This document shows, in pieces, positions 52,985-64,000 of a stretch of DNA of 64,000 nucleotides (position 1 is its first letter; every line of letters starts with the position of its first letter). The translations under genes and the position numbers were made by a program. The notes beneath the pieces are model-generated. The model saw nothing but the letters and a program-made list of their open reading frames with translations. It did no database searches and was not told where the DNA came from. Source of the DNA: Octopus vulgaris (Eukaryota); the NCBI GenBank assembly GCA_951406725.2, contig OX597815.1:128340001-128404000 (forward strand), written 5' to 3'.

Positions 52985-54315
52985 TGGCCATGTCATGAGT
53001 TTGGAAGGGAACAGGTACATAACAAAGTCCCAATCACTGAATGTGAATGGAGCATGAGAAGAAGAAGATCAAGGAAAATGTGGGTTGAAGTAGTGAAGAA
53101 TGACTTCCAGATGTTGAGTCTCATGGAGGAGATGACAAAAGACTGAGATCAATGGCAATTCGTGGAGGCTCTTAAAGCATATTATTTATACCAATGCCCC
53201 TGCACCTTATCTGTCCCTGATGTGTTTCTTTCTCACAACTTATTTTCCTAACACCCATCCTTCTATCACTCTTCTGACTATGGCACTATCCATTCAGCTG
53301 CTGTAATTATTTGAGAGCAGAGCTGCACATATTGCACCCCCCACCTTTTCTGTCCCCTTACTCACCCTCTCTGAAACCACCTTATTTCTGTCTACCGAAC
53401 AGCTCTTTAATCTCCACTTTTCTTGTACACCCTCTCATCCTACCAATGGCATCCTCCATTACCTATGTTCGTTTGCCAAAATTTCTATCCCTGAATACCT
53501 CTGACCTCATCCTTGGCACTGTGCATCTCTCACATACCACCAACACTTCACATTGCCTGTGCTACCTCCTAATGCCTCTACTATCTCTCCCCTGTTATTC
53601 ACAAGTCACCACACCACCTGTGTTCACCATTCACTGCTTTCCCCTCCATCTCTGCCCATCTGCCACTTTCTTTTCACACTATCACAAACTTACCCATTCA
53701 CCCTGTCAACTTTGCTTATATTCAAATTCCTGTTACTCTTCTTCACCACCATCTTCTCCCTCTTCACAAGTGAAGTAGCCATGTGTCTCCTCCACTGCAA
53801 GACACCTGTTCCTGCCCCACTAGCATACTTTAACTTCTCATCACCAGGCATAAAGTTGCCTTCTTCAATACTATATCCATCTGGCCTCCGTGCCGGTGGC
53901 ACATAAAAAGCACCATCCATTCGTGGCTGTTGCCAGCCTTGCCTGGCCCCCATGCCGGTGGCACGTAGCACCATCCGTTCATGGCTGTTGCCGGCCTCGC
54001 CTGGCCCCCGTGCCGGTGGCACGTAAAAGCACCATCCGTTCGTGGCTGTTGCCAGCCTCGCCTGGCCCCTGTGCCGGTGGCACGTAAAAAGCACCATCCG
54101 TCCGTAGCCGTTTGCCAGCTCTGTCTGGCACCTGTGTGGGTGGCACGTAAAAAGCACCCACTACACTCACGGAGTGGTTGGCGTTAGGAAGGGCATCCAG
54201 CTGGAGAAACACTGCCAGATCAGACTGGGCCTGATGCAGCCTTCTGGCTTCACAGACCCCAGTTGAACCGTCCAACCCATGCTAGCATGGAAAGTGGACG
54301 CTAAATGATGATGAT
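52985..54315 (+). mobile_element. RTE-LINE 3' region: ORF end, pyrimidine-rich UTR, 58-62-bp tandem units and tail
   Basis: RRRRSRKMWVEVVKNDFQMLSLMEEMTKD, with units at 53890, 53952, 54010 and 54071. May be two adjacent copies. Confidence 0.7.
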
Positions 54316-54595
54316 CTCAGTAAAGGGGACTTGTCTTTTGAGTTACTTGGTGACTTTACCAGTGTTGATACCATGTAAAAAGCACTCAGTACACTCCGTG
54401 AAATGGTTAGTGTTAGGAAGGATGTCAAAGCAAACATTGAAGCTTGACACAATCCTGCTGCATATCAGCTCCTGTCAAACCATTCAATCCAGGCCAGCAT
54501 GGAAAATGGATGTAAAATGATGAGGATAGTGATATACTTATATATATATATATATCATCATCATCGTTTATATATACACATATATATGGTGGTTT

Positions 54596-54965
54596 ACTAC
54601 TCCTTATGTAGAGTTTGGCCACCTCCTGTACCTACACCTTAGAATCATCATGGCATCTGATGTAGCTTCTTAAACCAGACAATATTTTGAAAGGACACCC
54701 ACATAGATTGTATATCCGATTTGGACCACCAGAAGCCACTAAGTTCTGATCTTTGTGGATCTTAAAATGTCTTTTGAGGCCTCCGTTAGATTTGCAAACC
54801 TTCTGGCAAACAATGCATTGATTTCTCCAGTGATTTTGATGCCTGAGTGTTAAATTGCTCAGTCAAGTCTCGAGTGCTTGTGTGCTTCTGTTTACAGCGA
54901 AACATCAAGAAACTTTTAGATTTATAAATAAAAGCACAGATTTCACAAATCCCACTGCAAAAGGG
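54596..54965 (-). pseudogene. Relic of three tandem C2H2 zinc fingers (probable LINE ORF C-terminus)
   Basis: Intact CIVCQKVCKSNGGLKRHFKIH at 54817-54755, with degenerate fingers on both sides and then a stop. Confidence 0.65.
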
Positions 54966-55583
54966 AAACTGGTCACAAGTTAAATTTGTACTTTTGTTTT
55001 TCCTCCTGTACAATGTTACCATATATAGCTTTGAGAGCTCAAAATTTATTCATAATTAGTGATACACACACACACAAATATATATATATCATCATCATCA
55101 TCTTAACATTTGTTTTTCCATGTTTGCATGTATCTATCATAAAATTTTCATTGAGGTAGATTTTCTATGGCTGGATGCTCTCCCTGTTACCGACCCTCAC
55201 TTGTTTGAAAGCAAGGCAATTGCACATGAACAGCACAATGGCCAGACATGTTTTCACAAAGACTGCTAATGAATGACACTGCTTGTATGACAGTGAAGTT
55301 TGTTTACAATTAGCAGACACACATTACATGAGCATAGCTGTACAGTACGAAGCTTGCTTCCCAACCACATGGTTTCAGATTCAGTCCCACTGAGTGATAC
55401 CTCGGCCAAGTGTCTTCTACAGACACAGGCTTGGTTAAGAAGTCTGCTGCTACCCAACCATGTGGTTTCAGATTCAATTATACTACACAGAATCTTGAGA
55501 AAGTCTCTTATGTCTACAAGCCAGCCAAAGCCTTCGAGTGAAGCTAGCAGAGGAAAACTGAAAGAAGCCAGTCATATATGTAT

Positions 55584-55627
<44 letters not shown>

Positions 55628-56224
55628 ATGTCACCCCACTGTTTTGACATTGCATGGTGGTTGTAAATGAATATCTCCATCATACAACTGAACTTCTGTG
55701 AAAACATTCTGGCCATTGGAAGATATTATCTTCCTTGGAAAGAAAAGAGGGTTGGTGACAGGAAGGGCATCTTGTCTGCCCCAATAAGTTCCATCTGACC
55801 CTTGCACACACTTACACACATGATACACATCATCATCATTATCATCATTTTAACATCTATTTTTCCATGCTTGCATGTGTTGGCTGGAACTTGATGAGGC
55901 AGATTTTATGCAGTCAGTCTCCTTACCACCAATCCTCATCTGTTTCTAAGGTGAAAAGGTGAAGGTTGGAGGCAGGTTGGGCTTCTTTCAATTACCACCT
56001 ACTACATCCACTCACGAGTCTTTTGAGGCCACAGTAGAAGATACTTGCCCAAGGTAACAGGAATTGAGACTGAAATCAAAAGGGAACCAAACAGTCATTA
56101 AAAGGGTGTGTGAGTGTATTTATGTTTGTTTAAAGCATTGAGAAATTTGAAAATATATGCAAATGAAGCTCATAATATATCAGATAAAAATACCCCTTAG
56201 ATAGGAAAAGAGGGCAGAATCACC

Positions 56225-56295
56225 AATTGAACCACATATCTATTGATAATTGAACCACATATCTATTGAATAATTGAACCACATATCTATTGAAT
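56225..56295. repeat. 23-24-bp tandem repeat x3
   Basis: aattgaaccacatatctattga occurs three times. Confidence 0.92.
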
Positions 56296-56439
56296 ATCAG
56301 ATGGCCACAATACTATTATGCCAAGGGATAAGTTAGGTCTCCTTGGTGTATGGTATACCAGTATACCATACTGTCTGTGGTATAATAAGAGGCCAGCACT
56401 ATTGGAGAGAGAGAGAGAGAGAGAGAAAATCAACCCCAA

Positions 56440-56790
56440 GTGACTCTAACAGAGGGACCAGTTATTCAAGTTGAAGCAGTCTGGTAAATAAAGTGATTAA
56501 GACTGGAAATGCAGCTGGATCATCAGAGATGGTTGCTGAGATGCTTAAAACATCTGCAGAAATAAAGTGTGGGCTAGTCATTCAACTAGTCAATCAGGTA
56601 ATATAAGAAGGTGTCATGCCCAATGGTTAGAATAGTAGTATCGTTGTAGACTGTTACAAGAGTAAAGGAGCTACACCAGATAGAAGAAAGGGATATCAAA
56701 CTTTTGAACCAAAGAGCAAATTTGATTATGAACAGGATTGACCTGGATGAGATGCTGTTTGACTTTTTGCCATCAATGGCATCAAATGCT
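56440..56790 (+). mobile_element. Degenerate RTE RT fragment
   Basis: AAGSSEMVAEMLKTS...EGVMP...IVVDCYKSKG. Confidence 0.6.
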
Positions 56791-56942
56791 AAATAAGCCT
56801 CTACATCTAGCATTAGTAAGGGTGTGAGTGTTGGTGACAGGAAGAACATCCAGTTAGAGGAAATCAAATTCCATGTGACCCATACAGGTATGGAAAAAAT
56901 AGATGTTAAAATGATGATGACGACGATGAATATATATACATA

Positions 56943-57144
56943 TGAGTTAAGGCTACCATTAGTTTCATGATAAGAGAGAAATCATTTAACAACAATTATC
57001 AAGCTTACCACATGGAACATCAAGGATTGTTTCTAATTTGGATTAAAACTAAGGAGGAGATGAACTCCAATGTTCCATGTGGCAGGCTTGACAATTGTTA
57101 AAGTATTTCTTTTTTAATATGAAACCAAGGGTAGCCTTAACCCA
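56943..57144. mobile_element. Palindromic MITE with TA flanks
   Basis: TGAGTTAAGGCTACC / GGTAGCCTTAACCCA termini. Arms stay complementary for ~80 bp (ccacatggaacat/atgttccatgtgg). Confidence 0.75.
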
Positions 57145-58068
57145 TAGATAAAGAATTGTTATCCCCCAATGCTATGTTGAGCACTCATTCTCATTGTTCA
57201 ATATTAACGTGCGTGTGTGTGTGTGTATGTGTGTGTGTGTATAAATATATATTATATCATGGAGAGAGCCTATTCCCTTTTACCTCCGATTACTTATATA
57301 AGCTTTCCTTCACCCAGCCTACATCATGGGGAAAACAGTTATCATCTAATGTTCACTTTTCCATGCTTGCATGGATTAAGTGGAATTTGTTGAGGTAGAT
57401 TTTCTACGACTCGGTACCCTTCCTGTTGCCAACACTAACTTGTTTCCAAGCAAGGTAATATTTTCTCATAGTTGGACATGTTTTTCATGGGACTGGAAAT
57501 AAACATTACCTATATAATGGTGATGCTTGTTTATAGCCATCATGAGATGTCAAGACGAGGGTGTACACACACACAAGTGCACATAGCAGGCTTCTTTCAG
57601 TTTCCATCTACCATTCCCACTTATTAGGCTTTGGTCAACCTGAGGATATAGTAGAAGTCATTTGCCCAAGGTACCCTACAGTGGAACTGAACCTAATAAC
57701 ACATGGCTGGGAAGCAAGCTTCTTAACCATATGGCCATACTCACACCTACAGTGTATCTAAGGCTACATTTATTCATTGTGTTGTTCTTTTATTTTAAAC
57801 AGCAAGGTGTACCTTGAAGGAGATACATTTGCTCTCTTGTCTCAGTACTTAGATGTTGGATATTAGCTGTGATAAGCAGAAACCTTCCTTCTCATAGATT
57901 TCATTTATGAAATCAGAGCAAAACATTAACCTTTATAAGTACCACAAGGCTCTGAAGACATTTGAATTACATTTGTATTTAACAGTTAAACAATGTTAAA
58001 ATATGAGGGAGTGAAAACTTAGATTTTTCAGTTTCAGATTACAATAAAGAAAGGAAATAACAACTTAC

Positions 58069-58153
58069 CCAACTGTATGGGGTTTATGACGACAGAGATC
58101 AAGAATATCTGTACACACAAGCCTCAAGTTGTGTGTTGTCTTCATTTGTGCCC
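58069..58153 (-). CDS. FERRY3: FERRY3 exon: AQMKTTHNLRLVCTDILDLCRHKPHTV(G)
   Basis: gtacag| acceptor and GG|gtaagt donor, HNLRL motif. Confidence 0.92.
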
Positions 58154-58859
58154 CTGTACAATGACAGTAATAGAAACAGAAAGCATTAAAAACTTGCAAC
58201 TGAAAAGTTATATGTTTTTGCTTGAAACATCATCAACCTACCATTTTATTACACATCAAGTAAATTTATTACAAACGACCTCGGTTCAATTTATCCCCTG
58301 AATCAAAACTTCAGAAAATATTTAACAATTCAAGCTCCATTCATTTATATCACATCATAAAATCGTAAATAAATATATGTTCCTATGTTTACATACGAAT
58401 TTATCTAATTTTCTTAAATTTAGTCATTACAACATTACAAGAGTTGTTTCCCTTTAACATCCAGACGTTTAATTCTGAGACGATTTAAGTTTAAAATTTG
58501 GATAAAATTCATATCATCTTTAAAGTTAATTTGATATTTGTTTTCTAATTCTAGATCTGAATGAAATGTAACAGCAAACATATTTACATCAAGTCCAGTA
58601 TGTCACAATCCCATGTCAATCTATATAGCATTTAATACCATCACCTTGTCTATGGGTACCTTTAACAGAATCCACACATGCATTCAGATCAGATCTCTAG
58701 TTTGAGGATAATCTTCTCCCTTCCTCTCAACAGTCTGAAAGGCCCAGTAGTGAGCCTCAGGCACTGTATAACCCACTGGCTAAAAGATTTTTTAAAAAAT
58801 ACTAAAAAAAATGAAATGAAAAATAGGAAGATATTTGAGAAGAAAATTAATTTGCCTAC

Positions 58860-58966
58860 CTAGGTGAATGGTGAAACTTTCTTCTAACCGAATTCGTGAC
58901 CGTCCGATTCTTTCATCTTCTTCTGCTTCAGGCAGTGCTGAGGCAGTCATGGCCCGCACACGACGA
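58860..58966 (-). CDS. FERRY3: FERRY3 exon: RRVRAMTAS...RLEESFTIHL(G)
   Basis: tttgttag| acceptor and G|gtaggc donor, LEESFTIHLG motif. Confidence 0.92.
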
Positions 58967-59534
58967 CTAACAAAAGGAAAATTCAAACACTTACTTAAAT
59001 TTTTTTCTTGTTTAATGCCAGTATAAATGAATTTAGATATGAATTTGTATGTTTATGGAAATTTGTACATAAGACCTTGGCATGGGCATAATCAAATGAT
59101 TGGTGCTACATAAAAGACTATGTGTATATATATATATGACTCAGTTTATGGACTTCTTGTTTCTTTGTCACATATCAAGCAAATTCATCACAAATAATCA
59201 GGATTCAATTAATGTCTGAATCAATGCTTCAGAAAATATTAAACAATTCAAGCTCCATCCATTTATATCACATCATAAAATGGCAAATAAATACGATATG
59301 TTCTTATTTTTACATACTAATTAATTGAATATCTGTATCACTGATAATTTGGTCTCTCATACGCAAAGTGAATAAGCACTCATCAAATGGACTCCCAAGT
59401 AACTAAATTTTATTTATTTTAAACATACCAGCTACATTAAAACAATAGTTAGTATTAACACATTTAATGCAAGAATCATCAGAAAGCTAACTAGAAATAA
59501 TTGTGCAATTAGGACAAAACAACAGTCAAATGCC

Positions 59535-60088
59535 AGGAGTGTAACCAGCCCACTTATGCATACCTTTTCTTCATTGGACACTAAACTCTGCTTGCGAAGA
59601 TCTGTTGAGGAAAGTGAAATTGAAATCAAATTCAATGACTGGCACCCGTGCTAGTGGAGCGCTAAGAGCACCATCCAAGCGTGATTGTTGCTAGAGCAGC
59701 TAACTGGCTTCCATACCAGTGACACGTAAAAAGCACCATTCGAGCGTGATCGTTACCAGCGTCTCGTTACAGGTACTTGTGCCGGTGGCACATGAAAAAA
59801 CATTCGAGCGAGGTCGTTGCCAGTGCTGCTGGATTGACTTCTGTGCAGGTGGCATGTGAAAAACACCATTTGAGCATGGCCGTTGCCAGTACCACCTGAC
59901 TGGCCCTCGTGCCTTGGCACGTAAAAGCACCCACTACCCTCTTGGAGTGGTTGGCGTTAGGAAGGGAATCCAGCAGTAAAAACTGCCAGATCAGATTGGA
60001 GTCTAGTGCAGCCATCTGGTTCGCCAGTCCTCAGTCAAATCGTCCAACCATGCTAGCATGGAAAGCAGACGTTAGACGATGATGATGA
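59535..60088 (+). mobile_element. RTE-LINE 3' UTR with degenerate tandem units
   Basis: Shares ccagcccacttatgcatacc, the tandem units and the (GAT)n tail with 43774-44328. Confidence 0.8.
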
Positions 60089-60718
60089 ATTACTATATGA
60101 AGTATGGGGGACAACTCCAGACATATTTTGGTTTTATTACGACCCCCATCAGGTCTTCCTATGAACCCATCTGGTAAAATTATTACAGTGTCAGACAAAA
60201 TGCTTTGTGCTATTTAGTTAGATTTTGAATTTAGATTTCACTGCAATCAACTTTGCATTTCTTCATTTCAGAGTTTAAATAAAATATTATCAGTCAAGTA
60301 CTGAAATTGAGGAATATCTGACTGTTACTTCATGCCAATTTTCTGGTCCCATGCCTATGTAAGAAATCTGAGTGGTAGGTGATAATAACTCTGAATTAGA
60401 ACTGACTTGGGTCATCTAACTATGCCGGTATGGAGAATGGATGATGATGATTATGATGGCAATGAAGGTGATGATAATGATGATGACAATTATTATTCTA
60501 GTTACTGTTGTTAATGGTAGTGGTGGTGAGACTTTGTCTGTAAGAGCCAACACTCAGATATCAGACTTCATAACCTATTCATTGTGCTAAATCTGTTACT
60601 GATGGGAAAAATAAACCTGATGCAGTCTCATTACAGTGGGCATCATGCAGAAAGCACACAATACAAGAGTGGTATGCAAGAATATAGTGGTCATCAAATA
60701 TACAAGAAAAGTCCTTAC

Positions 60719-60843
60719 ACTGGATGGGGAGATCCTACAGTGGCTTGTGTGTCTTCATGAACCTTCATGACCCAGTTTCTATATTCACGTTTCTGTGTTT
60801 CATGTCGATTAGATAGTTCACTAGCCCATTTACTGTTCACAAC
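60719..60843 (-). CDS. FERRY3: FERRY3 exon: VVNSKWASELSNRHETQKREYRNWVMKVHED...PHP
   Basis: tttaaaaaag| acceptor and GT|gtaagg donor. Phase 0 to 2 bridges the neighbouring exons. Confidence 0.88.
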
Positions 60844-61354
60844 CTTTTTTAAATAGAAACAGATTAACATGTGTATGTAGGTATATATCATCACCATCAT
60901 CATCCTAATTTAATATCTTTCATCAGTAATATAGATGTGTAGTCTCTATGAATGACAGTCAGAGATTTTGAGGTTTAGCATATACAGTGATATCATGTTC
61001 TGTTCATGGATTGAGGGTGTTATAAAATTGCTTCCTCGATATAGGGAATGATCAAATATTTCGTAATGTTAAAAGCAGAACTGAATTTGATAGGTACAGG
61101 GCAAAAAGAGCAATTACGTCTGAGAAACCTTATTCAATATGATCTCTTTTTTAGTCAAAGTTGGACCTGATCAAAATATTCTAGCAATCTTATGTTTTTT
61201 GCTAGGTATAGTGTAATATTATATGTTATAGCAGACGGTAACAAGAACATACATTAAGAATCTAGACATAGCTAATTGTTATTAATATTGGGGGAAAAAA
61301 AGACAAACAAAAAAGTTAAGATACAAAAAAACCCAAAAAACTTAAACTTCACAC

Positions 61355-61454
61355 CTGTGTTTGCTCAAAATGATGTTGTGCAATTTGGTTTATTTGTTCA
61401 TCCGTGTATACTGTTCCGGCTTTCTGAAGAGCATCTTCCATTTCTTTCTGCTGT
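61355..61454 (-). CDS. FERRY3: FERRY3 exon: QQKEMEDALQKAGTVYTDEQINQIAQHHFEQTQ
   Basis: ttcttgcag| acceptor and CAG|gtgtga donor. Only one frame is open. Confidence 0.87.
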
Positions 61455-62759
61455 CTGCAAGAAAACAATATTAAAAAAAAATTATATAAAATATTTTATT
61501 CTTTATACATGTTCTTTGAACTGCAGCCAAACTGGAGTACTGCTTTGAAGGGTTTTTAGTTGACCAAATTGGCCCCAGTACTTAAGTCTCGCACTAATTC
61601 TATTAGTCACTTTTTGCTGAATTATTAAGTTATGGAGATGTAAACAAACTAAAACTGATCGTCAAGTGGTGAGAGATGAACACAAAGACACACACACAAA
61701 CATACACACACACACACATTCACGAACACACACACACACACAATGGGCTTCCACACATTTTCCATCTATCAAATCCACACATATGACATTGGTTAGCCTA
61801 GGGCTGTTGTAGAAAATATCTACTGAAGTATCACACAGTGAGACTGAACTCCAAGCCAAGTGCTTATGAAACAAATTTTTTAACCACACAGCCATCCATG
61901 CACCCTATTAACAGCTTACTTATTAACATCAAGCTAGAGAAGAATCAAAGATTGATTTTCATATCATTTGAATACAGAACTATCACATATTAAATCTCAG
62001 TTTTTGGTCTTCAGAGACAAATTAAAATTCAGTTAAATCTTTAACTATGATATTTAGCTTTTGTCTCCCTGTGCTGATGAAAAAACTTTTCTTTTTTCCT
62101 TCTGTTAATATCAATACCATAAATATCAATGATGTATTGGAGTCAGTTCACTAGATTATACCTCTTCACTATAAATTGGTCACCTTATACTAATCTGAGA
62201 AATCAATATTAAAACAAGTGAACTCTGAGATAAAACACGACAAAATCTCAAACAGCTTGACCTAAATATTTAGTCTACTCTTATATCTTCATTGAGCTTA
62301 TGCACACATTGAAACATGTGTGTGCAGTTACATGCATACATGTATAAATGTAAGACTGCTAAAGTATTTAAGGGGGATCAGAAAATATAATGATTGAAAT
62401 GTGCAAGCAAAAAAAAAGCATGAAATATAAGATTAATAGTTTTCAGTTACTCTTTAATAATCAACTAAAGAAGTATAATTAATATTATTCAGTGACTGCA
62501 GTTCACCTTTAATGATTTACTTTTCTTCTAGTCTCTAAGAACTTTTGATACTGCGTCCTATGAAATTCTACCAGTGAGAGAGATTATGTCCCTTAGCTAA
62601 GAGAATTTATCAGATACCTTGAGATTATTATCAAATATCACTGTCTCGAGAAAGGACTTGTTAGTAAAACTTAGAATTCTAAGAACAGTTTTGTTTTTTT
62701 TCCACTTGCTGGATTTGGAAGTACCAATGATATTTGCAGGCTTTCTTAGACTAGCGAGA

Positions 62760-63055
62760 TTGATGGCATTAATGTTTCTTTGTAAATTAACACCTATAAG
62801 GAGGGCATGAGTAGGGACAGAATTCCAGAGGGAAGACATTCTAGGAGGGAAGGACTGAACTGAGTCATTAGTGCAGGGCCAATGAGTTTGGACTCAAGAA
62901 GGGTGAGGATAAGAGGAAAGACAAGTGTGTCAGGAACACTTGAGTAGAGATGGCATGAAGTCTGTCAGTCTGAGCAGCAGAAGCCATTATATTAGCAGGA
63001 GAAGAGGGAGAAGAAACAAAACACCTGTGGGTCAGAGGCTGGAGTGTATTTGTGA
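62760..63055 (-). mobile_element. Degenerate non-RTE LINE ORF2 3' end (CR1/Jockey-like)
   Basis: LQPLTHR...SFPPRMSSLWNSVP...NLQRNIN resembles the SFFPR...WN.LP C-terminal motif. Confidence 0.5.
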
Positions 63056-64000
63056 GTAAATCTATGCCAATCAGTCAGGTGGGCCTTTTCTGGATGTTGT
63101 CATTATGTCATTCATAGTAATAATTTCAGAAGCACAAGGATAAATGGTTTGGTGGAGGGGTACCATCAGTTTAATTGATGATGCTCCACCCCTCGTATTT
63201 GACTCAGGTCAGTATTTATTTTATTGACCTTGGAAGAATGAAAGGTATGTTATGTAGTTAGATGTTGTAATACTGGCTAAATAAAGTCACATGATCAAAC
63301 TTTCAAACCTTGCCATAGCGAATGGTTTGTCTTTAATCTAAATACATTTCTATATTTGTTTCAGTCTATCTTTCTGGAAAAAGTAGATAATTTTTTCAGT
63401 TCCTAACTTGATTAAAAATTTGAAAATTGGCCAAAAGCATGTATATATATATATGTAGCATGAACCGTCCAACCCATGCTAGCATGGAAAGCGGACGCTA
63501 AACGATGATGATGATGATGATATATACTAACTCCAATAATTCCTATAAAAATATCCAAGTTTTCTAAAACTCCATCTAATCCACAGTTGCACAACAAAAA
63601 ACACTAATGTTTCATTTATATATATATATATATAAAGTGCGCACATCACAAAGTTGTAATTTGAGCCACAGAGCATCTACATTCTCACTCAGCCTGTTAG
63701 AGTTTCACAACTAAATGTCCTTTAAATTCTAACTTCTTTCACCATATCATTATCATATTTCTACAGAAATACACTGCATTTGTTTTAATTAATTTTGAAA
63801 ATAACAAAAATTAACATGACATTTCAATGGGAAATTTTGATTTAAATCACCAGAAAATAGGAAGTTTGTATCATAGAATCAGGGGCAGATTCAGGTAAGT
63901 TAGTATTAAAAGGGTTAAGGCAAAGAAAGGAGATAATAAATAATCTAGTCAGGGATACAATTTCATTGACCATAAATTTGCTTCATTAGAGTTGGCTTAG

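Larger units (their letters stand above)
30955..61454 (-). other. FERRY3: C12orf4/FERRY3 (DUF2362) gene span, 5'-incomplete, 9 coding exons in window, convergent with PDI
   Basis: Spliced translation matches recalled human C12orf4 motifs: LEESFTIHLGAQ, RLQTA.SLYS..LCGLV.LVDNR.NSY.GIKR, TDFHF, HSNLSE.HV.FHL, WCL.R.EL.FKCVKGFMMEMA.W.G..SRT.QFLVP, SEEMF...SNMLP.IFR. All intron phases are consistent. Confidence 0.92.

Noticed and set aside
58554-58690. 10-bp terminal inverted repeat gatctgaatg/cattcagatc
   Set aside because: It is too short, with no TSD, second copy or properly placed snoRNA boxes.

Overview
Eukaryotic, AT-rich, repeat-dense genomic DNA. The SINE/LINE families and (TA)n/(TG)n load point to an octopus genome (inferred from recognition, not a database search). 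Two convergent multi-exon genes were reconstructed by hand with consistent GT-AG phases. (1) Protein disulfide-isomerase (P4HB/PDIA1-like) on +: 10 coding exons at 155-24126, first exon upstream of the window, two WCGHC sites, acidic tail, C-terminal HSEL. (2) C12orf4/FERRY3 on -: 9 coding exons at 61454-30955, 5' exons beyond the window. Introns and the intergenic gap hold two full-length decayed mariners and a fragment, a MULE remnant, hAT-, piggyBac- and Tc1-like MITEs, Helitrons, RTE-LINE 3' ends, several tRNA-SINE families and long microsatellites. Most ORFs in the supplied track are repeat artefacts. Best leads: a head-to-head pair of minimal type-I hammerhead ribozyme motifs in a Penelope-like palindrome (43546-43696), tandem predicted H-type pseudoknots in RTE 3' UTRs, a duplicated ~150-bp intronic segment flanking one FERRY3 exon, a Helitron with 69-nt STPR-like repeats, a three-finger C2H2 relic, and a ~4-kb repeat-free tract after the PDI stop. 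None is proven to be a new system from sequence alone.
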